DNA of 64,000 nucleotides from Phoronis australis (Eukaryota > Animalia > Phoronida). The DNA is taken from assembly GCA_002633005.1 (NCBI GenBank), contig NMRA01000179.1, forward strand, positions 341,954 to 405,953, given 5' to 3'. Below are positions 12,909 through 26,193 of this stretch, one piece after another. Positions within the stretch are counted from its first letter, which is position 1. Each line of letters opens with the position of its first letter. The position numbers were made by a program, and so were the translations under genes. Below the pieces are notes generated by a model that did no database searches, was not told where the DNA came from, and was given only the letters and a program-made list of their open reading frames with translations.

Positions 12909-13411
12909 CTGAAAAATTCCGAACGGTTGGATAAATTATGAACGTCCTGAAGTAATATCGCAGCAACATGAAAAGATTTCTTGAATGGACCCGGTTTGTG
13001 ATCTAAATCAAAGTTTTTTTTTGTATTGAAGGCGGATTTATAGCTTGAATGGGAACGGCTGCAGCCCACTGGAGTGTTCTTCGTCAATATACATGTATTT
13101 ACCTTCCTTGACAACGTGATGCTTTGAAATAACTTTTTACTGCATCCGTAAATTTCAAACACAGGCGAAATCAGTAAAGCCTGTTTACACCCGTAGCAAG
13201 GTACACTGTAGAAGATTGTTGCTGTACTGTCCAAATTATGCATCATTTTTTACAATTTTCTGAAAACATGCTTCCAAATATTTCGGAACTGATGCAAGAG
13301 ATGTCTTTCAAAATCTCACTGGCAAACTCACTTAAAGCGGATCTCTGGAGTGGCAACAGGGTATACATAGTTATCAGGGTTTATAAAAGGTAAAAAATAA
13401 GTGATACAAAC

Positions 13412-13561
13412 GGTAATTGGTATGTCATCATCGTCGCAAGTAATAAGTTTCCTCTGCATCTTCAGAATGGTGTAGCCGGCTTGTTCTTTTGTAGTGAGTG
13501 AGATCCAGTCCTGTGACTGATCGACAATTGGCATGGCGTTATCCTGGGCGCCATGATAATC
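13412..13561 (-). CDS. MOXD1: DBH-like monooxygenase, exon 2 (DOMON)
   Basis: DYHGAQDNAMPIVDQSQDW...YTILKMQRKLITCDDDDIPIT; ctgcag acceptor, gtttgt donor. Confidence 0.88.
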
Positions 13562-14132
13562 CTGCAGCAAGTTCATATGCACACAAGCGTCAACATTAAA
13601 TTGATACTTGTACGAGTGGAAATCTGGCGGGCTCCATCTATTCGTCAGCCGTCTCAGGGTTAGACCAAAGATGGCCAAAACGATCAGAGGCAAAATTGCA
13701 AAAAACTTTTGGATTTTAATGGAGAATAGTTCGAAAAACCAATCTGTATAAAATGTCCAAATAATGTTGCTCAAGGGCAAAAACTGATTATTCATTTTCC
13801 AGGTGCATAACACCCAGCCGGTTTCCGACTGCGTACGCACACAAAAACGGCCTTAGGTTTTATATGGACCAAAGTTTTAGTGACCAGTTTTGGTTCACTT
13901 TTGTATTGAAGTCTACTTGAAAACTGATATTACTAATAAAATTCTCTACAACTGATCATGAAAAGCGGTAAAATGAGTCAACTACCGGTGTTTTTTTGTT
14001 ATTTTTTCTACAGTTGTTACGAGATAAAGATATTGAACCATCTTCCAGTTAATTTCTACTGCGCTCGAAACACAAAAAGAATTGTGATTGGCGTCCTAAC
14101 TGAAAACGGTATTTTTTCAAGAAGATCAAAAC

Positions 14133-14397
14133 CATGCGCGCACCCAGGGGGTCTTGGGGGGGGGGTTGCCTCGAACGAGCCCCCCATTTGGCAAAGTGGG
14201 CAAAAAGGTCCGCCTCAGAGAAACAAAAAGTTCTAGAAAACGAGACAAAAGTGCAAAGGAATTCGGCGCGAGTGCACAATTCGTAAGTCTGAACCTAGTA
14301 CTCCGTACTCTTTTATCCTCGATTACTTTTTTTAGGAAAAGGTCCACTTATGGGCAAAATTCGAGCCCCCCTATATTTTAGGCTGGTTGCGCGCATG
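14133..14397. mobile_element. MITE-like element in MOXD1 intron 1
   Basis: 15-bp TIR catgcgcgcacccag / ctggttgcgcgcatg (1 mismatch) with G/C-run subterminal motifs; no clear TSD. Confidence 0.65.
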
Positions 14398-14485
14398 AAA
14401 AGGTGTTGCTTTTTGAGCTAACGTTAAATGCGAGACACCTACATGACATAAGTGAATGTGTCGCACCTCAACAATCGACTCTCAC

Positions 14486-14800
14486 CTGAAAGCACACGTT
14501 TCCATCCTTCACCCATCCAATCACAATGTCGGCTCCCAGCATTTGTCCAGTGCGACTCAATCCAAGTCCGACCCATCCGAGTGTCTTTGCATGCACCTCG
14601 AATGTGACGACATCAGAGTCATAAGTCCAGAATAGTTTGTAGACATCCGGCGCATCCAATAGCACGCTGTGCGAGTACGCTTGCGTCGGAAGAACTTGTG
14701 AATTGACTGGTCCTTGCAATGAAAATAGAAACACAACTACAAAACAAAAAGTCGCTGTTTCCGCGACACAATCTACAACACGTCCCTTAAATTCCCGCAT
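14486..14800 (-). CDS. MOXD1: DBH-like monooxygenase, exon 1 (signal peptide plus DOMON)
   Basis: Hydrophobic leader then YKLFWTYD...FEVHAKTLGWVGLGLSRTGQMLGADIVIGWV (DOMON signature); donor CAG|gtgag. Confidence 0.92.
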
Positions 14801-17068
14801 AACCGTCCTTGGAGAAGTGCACGACAGTTATATGACTAATAAAAACGATTTTCATCTGTAACTTGTTCCTACATCTTGTCCAGTAGGCCTAATCGCGATG
14901 CCGCCCTTTTCATGTAGCAATATTTTCTCCCATTACCGTATCCCAGTGTATGGTCGGTACTGTTTATAAACTAGACAAACGAAGTTTACGTTATCGATGC
15001 TACATGTCAAGGTTTCGATTAAATCATGGTGGAATAGGTCAACAAATTAGCTGTGACGCTATCACCATGTTTGCATAATGATAACAATTCAGCGGAATTT
15101 GTTCAGTATGCGCGCAAAAAAGGCGAATCACAAGCTCAGCGCAGTAGACCAATTTGACTTACGTACATAATTGCAACGCAAACTTGCTTATAAAAGTGTC
15201 ACGTGTTTTTTAAGTCTTTCGCGGAGCTCACGCCAGAGGCCTGTTTCATAGGTGAAAATAAGCAAATTTATCTTGGGTCCTATTTTTGAAATATAATAAA
15301 ATCTCACTTGCAAGTCTCTAAGAAGATACCTGAACTGCTACACGAAGTTGCTCAGAAAATTTATACAAAAATATTTCTAGGCAGTGATAATCTTGTTACT
15401 TTTCTAAACCTTTATCCAGAAATTGTCAAGTGGAAGGCAAATTTCTGCAACCTTAAGTTACAGCTATGTGAAGGACCTTGTCCATGTATCATGGGCGACT
15501 CGGGACGCACAATAGGGGGATCCGGCGCCCATGGTCTATGGGCGGTGAACCACAGGGGGGGGCTGGGAAGGGGGCTATCGCCCTCCACTTTTTTCAGTGC
15601 TGCGCCGCTCATGTTTTTAGCCAAATATCAAAAAAATAATAATAAATAAATTTCAACCCAGTAAAAGTAAATATTTTCTGAAATCAGAAAGCCTGTACAA
15701 TTTAATTTTTAACTTCGTACCGATCTGTCATAAAGTTGGAGATACAAGGCCATGTCTTTTGTGAAAATTCACCCAACAAAGAAAAAGTTCATCAATCACA
15801 GACCAAATTTCATTTCAAAACATATTCAAGATTTAATCTCAAAAAACGATTTTACGGCTTCCTAAATTAACATTTCTTTTCCTGCATGTTTTTGTTTTTC
15901 ATGAAAACAATGCCATATTTTATTTCTCTTCATACAAAAGAGGGACATTTTTAATACAATGCTTCTTGGTAGAGTAGTGCATAACACATAGTATTTGTTT
16001 CATATACATGTAAATCTGATCAGTCATTTATGAAACACGGTGTTCCGAAGTTAGGGTCCAACAAAATTAGCTTAACTAAACGCCACCAACTAGAGACCTG
16101 CCGTACACTCGAGTCCAGAGCACTTCACGCTAGGCAATAAGTTGCAATTTCAAAAAAATAAGGTGACTTTACAAACTGTCACATTTAGATCCCAGTTTGC
16201 TAGTATTTGATACAAAGATAGGCATCGTTTCGTCATGAAAGTTACGCTCTGTTCCATTTGTCGGTTTTCGGAATCTAAGAAACAGCTCCGATATCTGGCG
16301 AGCAGTCGTTCATCCGTGTCAAGAGGGTTGCTGGATGTGCACGACGGCAAGCAGCAACTGCGTACTCTCATCTTATTTCAGAACAACCCCTGACCTAAGT
16401 ACTTTTTCAATGGGTAACTTGACAGTGTTTTGAAACAGTCTCGTGATTTACTGAAATAAACCTTCATCCACGTCACCTGCGGCAATCACTGAGTTAGGTT
16501 GTACATGCATGTTTTAACAGAACACGAGATTTGTGTTGGTAATAACTTAACTCCTACTGACCATTATTAATGCCAGTGCCAGAAATGCTGCGGCATCAGC
16601 TCACAAGAAATTTAACATTTTGTAATCCATGGTTTCAGTGACAAGAATCACATGGATTTCTATAGTTTCAAGTGTTTTTGTGTAGTTTTAGTACAAATGA
16701 ACATCAATGACTAGTTTAACGTTTCGTTGTGTGTTCTCTCTGGTCATCATCAGGCGAACGACTGAAGTTGTCCATCAATAATACCAAAACAGTTAACGAA
16801 GATCCAACTATATTAACATTAACAAAAACAATGGTACACACGACCTAAGGACTAATTAACCATGGACAGACCGTCTGAAAAAGTCAAAACAAAAGCAAAA
16901 ATACTAATAATATAGTGATTGCACCAATTAACATCTCAATCTTATACAATGACTTCGTTTCAGGAGACAAATATATCAACAAAAAAGAAGTCATTGGCAA
17001 AGTCAAATAGTCACGTGATCAAATAGTTACATGATCAAGAAGAACGACAGTTTCTGACAGTGCTATCG

Positions 17069-17109
17069 CAATAAAGACACAATAAAGACACAATAAAGAC
17101 ACAATAAAG
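17069..17109. repeat. 11-bp tandem repeat (caataaagaca), nearly 4 copies
   Basis: Direct reading. Confidence 0.9.
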
Positions 17110-19704
17110 TACACCTATAAAGGCTGACATAGTTTAATTAACACCTTGTGTACGAACCACACTTAAATACATATATGTGCATGTATTTATAAATTCGCCG
17201 TTCATCTGCACTAGCAAAATATTAACAAGTCATTGCTTTGCATGACAAAGGGCCGGCCGGCAATACACTTTATGGCTCTGGTCAAAAGTTTTGTAGCAAA
17301 CCTTGCCACTTGAAAGTTACAGAAGACTCTTTGCATAATGAAAGTTAAAAATAACGAAGCCTTGACAGTTGTGTCAGGAACTGCCATGACGTAATATTTA
17401 CATGACCTGCTGATGAAGCGCCAGTACAGGACAGTTTGGATCACTTTCCTGGCTAATCTCCTTACAAAATAGACCAAAACAGACATCAAAATTATAAATG
17501 AAATACCCTGTACTTGGGTTGGCATACAGCAGATACGCTTGGAGTTTCATCTTAAACTTCTAGCACGCATCACCCAATTGTTTCTTGTTGAATACACTAA
17601 ACATCAGTTGGACTACAGATGCCTGACATCTACTTTTACAACAACATAATTCGCCAGAACTCGGCCAATTTCACACCTTGTTCTGGGTCCAAAAATTTGT
17701 ACAAGAACGGCTGGCACAACCATTCTTCTTCACATGAGCACTGATCTAAGATCCTTTTGTGTGGAGAAGGACATGACCACATTTGCAGTGACTTGAATCC
17801 ATAAAACACTAGCTGAGTAATCAAACAAAATAACATTTTCTAAAATGATTGGGTTCAGAAATTAAATTCCTCTAAGAAAAGTTTTGAATTTTTCCTCAGA
17901 GATATACAGTAAAAAATAGACAAAAATGATCAGAGGTGTTTACCTTAAGTTAATATAAACCCAATCATCCTGGTACATCACTGATATTGAGTTGTGATGT
18001 TGAACAAAATACTGCACTAATGCTTAGCAATGGACGAGACTGATATCTGGATTCAGAAACCGTTGCCATCTGGAGTTGAAGCTAAACAAAAAATATTTGT
18101 AATGCTTCATTATTGAAACTATCAAATTGATGCAAATTTAAAAATTTAACAAACTACCAAAACAAAATATCCTTTCTTGCCAAAAAGTAAAGCTCCAATA
18201 AAAATCTTTCCAAAACACAAAAATGTATTTAACGATACTTTAAATAATTGTCTTGTGTTCTTGTTGTGTAAAGCCAGACATAAGGCAGATGAAACCCAGG
18301 ACAAACAAGGAGTTTATTCAGCCTTCAAAAAATAGGGCGTCCAAAATGAGTTTCCAATTTCTCAAGAGAGTCCAAGACCAATGGCACTTGAATACGATTT
18401 CATGACCTGCATTCAAATTGTTGTTTCAGTGTGGTTTGTTATTGTGACAACATTGTTCTACAAAAGTTTTTGTATCTTGCATCATTTCTAAATAACTTTT
18501 TTGTTCTGGACAGGCCATTGAGCTCCAAGAGCTGTTGAAGGTTAGTGAAAAGAGACAGCCTTGCTTACTCGTTCATTTTACATAGGTGTTGAAAGGTTGA
18601 ACAGAGCATCCTAGCCAGAGCGACTGAATTTGAGTTAGGGCGTCCTGTAGACGAAGACCTGGGACCAACTCGTTCATAGATGTGATGACCGTCTTACAAT
18701 CAGTGGAATATTTTCGCAATCTTTGTAAACATGGCAGCACCAAACAAAGAAAATCCATGGCAAAATGAGTTACACAATCATGTAACCACAAGAAAAAAAT
18801 GCATGACTATGTTTAAAAAAATGAGACTCACTAATTCCTCCCGGAAAAAGCCATTTGGAATGCAACATGAAAGGCTCGTTTTGCACAAGAAAGAAACAAG
18901 TCAGTAAAGTTAGACAGTGTGTCTTGCTTGTAATGTCTGGTGATACATCGCGACAAATTAATGGGTGCTCTTGTTTTCTGGTAAGAACCGTGCCCTACGG
19001 AATGCAACCCAGATCACGTTCTACATTTCAAGAGGCCGAACTCTAAGGGAGTCATTGGCAACTGGTGGTGTTCAGCATACACAAGTCATGTGATAAGACT
19101 GGTCCGTGTCCTTGTACTCTATCACTAACTAGTCATCGACATTACAAGTCCCCCTCACAAAACACATAATTATCTAGTACCTAGATTTTGTTTAAAGTAT
19201 TTCTTGAATTGAGTTTTATTGTCTTAGATGTATTGGGCTACTCAAACGGTTGCAGCCTACACCAGAAAACACAATTTTCATCACGGGAATGTAGGCTGGC
19301 CAAACATACTGCGTCACCACAGAAACACAGACCAAGTAGTTGAAGGGGGGTCTGAATAAAACACCGTAAAAGGATTCTAGCTGTGACATAGATAAAAATA
19401 TAAGTCAATAAACCTATTGTTCACGACATTTGGCAATTCATGGCACTGGTGTACTCAAATGTGATGCTCATAATATGTTGTAGGATCCAGACTCATGTGT
19501 CTCACTAGTCATGGTAGACTTCAAATTATCACTCAATCACTAGAGTTAACACACAGTCCCCTCTCAAAACTTTGACCGCGTCATCTTCAGGTCTATACAT
19601 TAGAGCTTTCATTGATCTAAGTGTAAAGACATTGAACAGCTGTCAAAACAGATCTCCTGGAGCTCTGTTGACAATTTGACACTTGACCTTTGACCTCCTG
19701 CCTG

Positions 19705-19961
19705 TCAAGAATCAGTCCCCTCATCATTATCTCCACAATCCATGAGCCCTGCTGCATCGTTATTGTCGCTGCATTGCTGACCCTTCGGGCAACGTAGACG
19801 AGCTAAACAGGAAGCACCACTGTACTTCTGCCACAACCAATGAACCGCTAGTCCTAACAACGGTATAAGGAAGACAGCGGTGATGCTGGCGATGACGAAG
19901 GCGGCAATTTGTAATGTGGTGAACCGTGGTGGCATGGTATAGCCACACTTTGATGTGTCAC
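19705..19961 (-). CDS. BACE1: Beta-secretase, coding exon 9 (transmembrane helix and cytoplasmic tail)
   Basis: DTSKCGY...TLQIAAFVIASITAVFLIPLLGLAVHW..., like BACE1 CGYNIP..TLMTIAYVMAAICALFMLPLCLMV; stop at 19705. Confidence 0.88.
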
Positions 19962-20264
19962 CTAGACAGACAGAGAAACAAGAACAACATTTGTATTGGG
20001 ATGATTCATAAATCAATCCAAATGCAAATATTGTAGATTTTACATTAAAATTAACTTCCCTAAACCGAAGGTGTGTAAGGCAGATCTTTGCATAACTTAG
20101 ACACAGTTCCACACTACCTTGTTCTAATTTGCAAATGTGGTAGTTTATAGAAGTCACGTTTTGCCTTGTTCGTACGAAATGTCCGACTCAAGTTGAATGC
20201 AACATAAGCAAGTTTAATTATACAGAAAAAAAACTCTGAACTGAAAGGTCACATTCATGAGTTC

Positions 20265-20573
20265 TTTTATTGGTCATCACAGAGTATAAAATATCCGACA
20301 GAAATAATTGCATTTCAAGGAAAATGTTCTTTTTACAGAAAATGTGTGCCTCGCCATACCTGGCTAGTTTTAATGTTCCTTAATGGAACAGTCCTAAATT
20401 AAGAGTTTTTACTGAATAAAATAGACATAATGGTAAAATTTTTAATTTAGGACCGCCCCATTAAGAAACAATAAAACTAGCCAGGTAAGGCGAGGAATGC
20501 ATTTTCTAAAAAAGAATATTTCCTTGATGTGTAAATATTTCTTATATTTCATACTCTGTGATGACCAATAAAA
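20265..20573. mobile_element. Foldback/MITE palindrome in BACE intron
   Basis: Roughly 140-bp imperfect inverted arms: ttttattggtcatcacagagtat / atactctgtgatgaccaataaaa; cctggctagtttta / taaaactagccagg. Confidence 0.8.
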
Positions 20574-20822
20574 ATTATGAAGTCAACATGAGGGGCAATC
20601 CTCACAAAACAGTCAGTGTGTTCAATTTTAAAGTGCAACATGCCATTGTTTTTTGAGCAGCTGAAAGAGGGCGCAATATGTCATAAAGGAATAATCAACT
20701 CTCCTTTTGTATACTCCTTGTTTTTTGATATTTGTTTTCTTTTTCTCATTCAACATAGATCACTCTCCTGTTATGCAAATTTTGACAATATCCATTTCAT
20801 CAAAAATTAAGTGCAAATTTCA

Positions 20823-21065
<243 letters not shown>

Positions 21066-21345
21066 CTACACAAAATAGCTACAAAAATCAGTTTTAATCG
21101 GCCCTTGAAAAGCACAGCCAGCACGGAGTATCTCGTTCATCTTTCATTCGTATCCCGTTCACCTTTCGTCGCTAAGAGAAAATTTGAAGGTTTCAACAAT
21201 CCTCTATCTGCATCATCCTTCGTGACATAAACAACATTTAAATTGGACACATTAGACAACATACAATGGCCAGAACCAGAGTGCTCTGAGAAAATTATCT
21301 AACTTAACCAACAGTTCATCAACCAACACTTAGACATGCACGCAC

Positions 21346-21430
21346 CACGTGAAGAACTGGCAATGGCGAACTTGTAGCAATCGACACCAGGCGACACGTC
21401 CAGATCATCGCCGACAGCACGGAGATATTG
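21346..21430 (-). CDS. BACE1: Beta-secretase, coding exon 7
   Basis: QYLRAVGDD...DCYKFAIASSS matches QYLRPVED...DCYKFAISQSS. Confidence 0.93.
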
Positions 21431-22067
21431 CTGAAGGAGAAACAACAGTAGCAAGGGTCAATAAACGGGCACGATGCACTGAACTGACACCACAAGATGG
21501 TGTTAAATTGTAACACCAGGCATTTTGACAAGAACTTGAGCCAATATAAACAAAGTCAATAAATTTAAATCTTATGGCACTAAGCAGACTTTTTTAAAGT
21601 GTCTCAGTGTGGATGTGTGCACATATTTTCCCAATTTAGCCATAATGAGGGAAGCAATCATTTTTGTTGTCACCTTCAGTAAAATGATAGATCACTGGAT
21701 AAAATAAAATTGGTCTCTTGGCTATAAATATAAAGTGACCTAAACGGCCCAGCAAAAGGCCCACATCTTGGTTCAGGGTTCACCTCCATACATAACATCT
21801 GCATAGACTGCCAGTAGGACAATGTATTTGCCCAATCTACTTTAAGAGTCTGTTTCACAAAAGACTAACAACAGAAATTTGGTCTTACGTTTCCACTTCA
21901 CAATTGGTGAATAGTTAAGTCAAGTAATTATGATTGCATCTTCAAGTCTTAAGTCGCCTTTCATGAAACACGCCCCAGGAGTAGAGAATGTGGTTACATG
22001 GCATGTGGCTTGCTTTGGACTGACTGATGGGTTGATTATTACATAAACATTCAGAGCAATAGCATAC

Positions 22068-22331
22068 CTGTGGAGTGATATCCAATTGAATAGAACTCTT
22101 GTTACCAGTGCCATCCTCTGCCAAACTGATGTAGATGTTTGGGAACCCATAGAAAGGCGGAGAACTATCATTGAAGCACATGACTACCTTCCCACGCCAG
22201 AAATCTTCAGGGATCTGCCTATCCAGTAGTCGAGTTTCTGATTTGATTTCTTTGACAAGTGTGGAGAAGACGTCTTCTGGAAGACGCAGGTTTGTTGTCC
22301 CACTGTCCACAATAGATTTGTCTGTATTGTA
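22068..22331 (-). CDS. BACE1: Beta-secretase, coding exon 6 (second catalytic Asp, DSGT)
   Basis: YNTDKSIVDSGTTNLRLP...FWRG...LDITPQ; ag/gt borders. Confidence 0.96.
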
Positions 22332-22912
22332 CTGGAGAAAAATGAAGACAATGTGAGGTTTTGAGTCATTTTATGATGGCTGCCATTAAGTCTCCTGAGT
22401 GACCCTGAATTGTTGACCATTTTAGCATGTATGACCATAGGACATTCAAAAATATCAAAAAAAAAAATCTTGAACAAACTTCATAGAGTCAGTTTTGCTT
22501 GGAACTGGTAAGAAAGCAATAAGCTACTTTTGCTGTTGGTGTTGTCCCAGTATTGTGTTGCATTTCACCCTCTACTTATCTGGCTAAAAACAAAAATCAA
22601 ATACGAGCTTTTAATCTCATAAAATCAGTATCAATACTGGGATTATAGAATTCTATTCAGCTACCAACTCGACAAGTTACAGGAAATGCGTACATGTGCC
22701 ATTTTCAAGCTCGTAATTTAAGGGTTGTCCAACCCCAATAAATTCTGTCTTGATCGCTGGTGGTTTTGACGTACATGTTGGTAGTGTAACTAGAGTCCTG
22801 GAACTGTAAGGAACATTATGGGTCTGACCAATTTATGAGAGCAAAAGGCCTAATTTGATTATGCTTTTCTGCCAGCAGAGCAGGGAAAATGCAGCATTTA
22901 CTACTATCCACA

Positions 22913-23017
22913 TGACTTGTACAGGTGTTCAGTCTTGGACCCAGCTGACTTGTACAGGTGTTCAGTCCTGGGCCCAGCTGACTTGTACAGGTGTTCAGTC
23001 CTGGGCCCAGCTGACTT
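22913..23017. repeat. 33-bp minisatellite x3
   Basis: tgacttgtacaggtgttcagtcctgggcccagc repeated head to tail. Confidence 0.95.
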
Positions 23018-23747
23018 TGTCAATATGGGGCCAAGATAACTGACTAAGCCACGACAAATCTTAAAGTTTAATAAGTAATTTTAAAATAAAACTTGAGATT
23101 TGTCTTAAGAGATCTCTTACTAAACGCTGTTTTGATGATTTCAACAAATCCTCATTTTTCCACCTCCAAATGCATCATTGGTGTCAACCTTCCAAGTAAA
23201 ACGCAAGAATCAACTGAAAACTCATACTCCCTATGTCACAGACTGGAAATTATTATGGTCTTTGGTGGGTGGTCTTTCCCCACAGCTGAGAGCGTGGGTC
23301 ATGCTTGCACATTTAGCAGATTTTGAAAGGAGTTATCAAATTTTCCTTTGAGGGTTGTTGAGGATTACAGAGCATTATTTTGTTTCAGAGAAATGGAAGG
23401 AAGAGTCACTTTTAGTATCTGTTATGGTCAAATCTGGGTTTGGTATCCTTTTAAGTTGGACTCATTTTTTTACTTAAGTTTTGTCTTAATTTTGACTATC
23501 TCACTGGATGTGGAAGTTTCAAAGTTTGGAAGTTGACAAAAATTCTTAGTCTTAAGTCTAAAATGAACGTAAGCCAGTTTCTTGAACGGGCCCCAAGAAC
23601 TGCTGGCGAGCATCTACATGCTGCACAGTAAGCTGCATCTCATTGTAGCCAATGGTTTGGGCATATGGAGACGTCCAAGCTCCCCCTGGATCTACCACAG
23701 AATCAACAAGTGGGACAGCATGCCATCTAAAGTACAAATTGTCTCAC

Positions 23748-23882
23748 CTTTATACAATCCATAGCAAGACTGCGATGATCAACTCCCATGTCTGTGATGA
23801 TGACCTCATAGTACCACTCTTGGCGAATGGGCGTATAGAAGAGTGATCCAAGGTACAGAGAACTGTCGACTTCTCCAAGGAC
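23748..23882 (-). CDS. BACE1: Beta-secretase, coding exon 5
   Basis: [31 protein letters not shown]...MDCIK matches BACE1 [22 protein letters not shown]. Confidence 0.96.
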
Positions 23883-24369
23883 CTGACAAAAAGACAGAGG
23901 TGATACAGAGAAACTGACAACGGCAATAAACCTATGGGGGTCGTTATGGGACTGTTGCTCATACTATTCTAGCTAGAATACAGGAAAGTCTTGGATGAAC
24001 ACAGAAGGATGGTTTAGAAATGCTTACAGTAAATTAAAACCCGTTGTCTCAACCTGTTCCTTACTCCAGCAAGACGTGATTTCTGGGTTACCAATGAACT
24101 ACCAGTGCGTTCTTCCATGAGAATAAGTTTGGCACATAAAATAACACGCTGTATTAAACCAACTTGAAATGTCTGCTGTCACGCAATAGTGAACATTCAG
24201 TTATTTCGAGACATTAAAATAACTTCCAATTTGACTAGTATATAAACACCAATTTGAGAGGATTTAAAAATTCAAAAGTTGTTTTTTGTGATCATGGAAG
24301 ACAGGTTTATTGCTGCAAATTTCACCGTTAATATGTATCACTGTTTACCAGTTTTGAATAATCTCTTAA

Positions 24370-24641
24370 AAGGACATTATCGTTTTTACCACCAAAATAT
24401 TTTTGGGAAATACCGTTAGATGAGATAGATTTTTTAATTTGTTATTAGCTTTGAACAAAGCTACAAAAAAGTAAAATCTGTTATTTTCACGATTTAATCA
24501 CATACTGCTTATTCTCGTCGTCGAGTGGAATTTAGCTCTGCCAGTGGAGTATTTGATTGAAATCACAAAAGTTCCAGGTGCAAATCCACGCTGCGGCTGA
24601 TTTCAGAAATTTAAACCACTTTTCTCGCCGATAATGTCACT
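24370..24641. mobile_element. Possible Kolobok-type MITE
   Basis: TTAA on both sides; TIR aaggacattatcg / cgataatgtcact (11/13). Confidence 0.5.
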
Positions 24642-24948
24642 TTAAATCAACAAACCCAACAATCTAATGTGTAAATTGGAAGTGGGGTTGCCTTACTAGG
24701 GTTGAGTTTCTAGCACAACAGCATCACTAATGGGAAACTGGCTGTTCTCACACAACATCTCCGTCAAAATTAATTTGAAATTCATAAGGAAAAACAAAGT
24801 CATTTGTTTCACAAGGGTTTGGCTGGTTTCCTAGCGACAGTCCAAAGCAGTCAATCAGTTTTTGCAACCAACTTGAAGTTGGAAAATTCTATGTGAGGTG
24901 GTCACTCATGCGAGAGTTTTCTTTAGTCAGGAAGGTGGCGCCACTCAC

Positions 24949-25080
24949 CAAAGTTCCTCCCATGCTGGCATCAGTCCTATTTGGAGTGTCAATAGTGCCA
25001 CATAGTAACATACAAAACTCGTTGGGTATACCAAAAGTTTTGACAATGCCATCAAAGTACGGCATGACACTGGGATCAGG
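24949..25080 (-). CDS. BACE1: Beta-secretase, coding exon 4
   Basis: PDPSVMPYFDGIVKTFGIPNEFCMLLCG...SMGGTL matches [28 protein letters not shown]...SVGGSM. Confidence 0.93.
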
Positions 25081-25973
25081 CTAAAAGAAAAAATATAATT
25101 TATTCATAACACATGAAGAAAGAAGCAGTCAAAGTAAATTAACTGTTATGATAGAAGCCTAAAAGTATTCACCTAGCATACATTACACAAAACACTACCC
25201 AGTGCTCTTAAAAGTTTATATTTTCATAACAGAACCACTTTCACAGCATTTGCAGTCCATTTTCGGGCATTGGTCCAAAAACAGTGTCCACACAGGCAAG
25301 GCGGGCATTGTGTTTATTTACTCAGTCCATTTTTCGCACACACCCACAGGTTGTCGCTGGAGTACAGGAAACATTGATGGCGGTGACCAATCTGGTTATT
25401 TTTCCAATCAATTCGCCTTTACTCATTTATTTTTTACAAAGCTCAATTTTTGAATTCCAGTAATACAAATTTAAACTTGAATCTCTCAAAAAACACTGTG
25501 TATTTAAGGAACTAACGATGATTAATTGCTGAGGTAGAGAAAAATACCTGAAAATTCTAAAAGTGACGACACATGTTTTAAAAAAGACATCCGTCAAATT
25601 ATTTTCTTCATTATACGTGGATATTTTAACTGCAATGATGACACCCTTCAAACGAGTTATTTGACAGCAGCCCATCAAGAAGATTAATTGATTTCGTAAA
25701 ATGCACAACAGTGTTGTCAGTTGATGATTTTCATACATACTTCCTCAAACTTTCAAGGTGTTTATTTGTCCGTCATCCTAGGCACATTGTGTTGTGTCTC
25801 TTGACAGACTTTTCTATTGCTGCCTGAGGATGATCAACAAAATTAATATACATGAGAGCATGTCTGACATTCATCAACCAGCAACACCGTCATGCATCTG
25901 ATGAATTCTATTACCCTTAATCTGGAATATCTTGTGATCTCAAGCTAACCACGTCAACCAGATATTCACTTAC

Positions 25974-26193
25974 TCTGGCAATATCCTTGAAGGCCAAGCC
26001 AAAGATGCCCTGCCACCCAGACCCATTAATGAAGAAGTGTTTAGAGCTGGTAATGAGTGCAATGTCTGCCCGAATGGACGTTATATTGGTCAAACCAGGC
26101 AAAGCGATGAAATCTGAGGCCAGATGACCATGCCAATTCCCCTGTGTATAGAGTACTTCCACTTCTCTGCTTAGGTTAAGAAAGGTTGATGAG
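25974..26193 (-). CDS. BACE1: Beta-secretase, coding exon 3 (flap YTQG)
   Basis: SSTF...VLYTQGNWHG...FFINGSGWQGIFGLAFKDIAR. Confidence 0.96.

Noticed and set aside
2087-14800. Calling the MOXD1-like gene a pseudogene
   Set aside because: No frameshifts or premature stops over 11 exons, and all introns are GT-AG.
22913-23017. 33-bp repeat giving the ORF TCTGVQSWAQL x3
   Set aside because: Intronic minisatellite on the antisense strand; no coding evidence.
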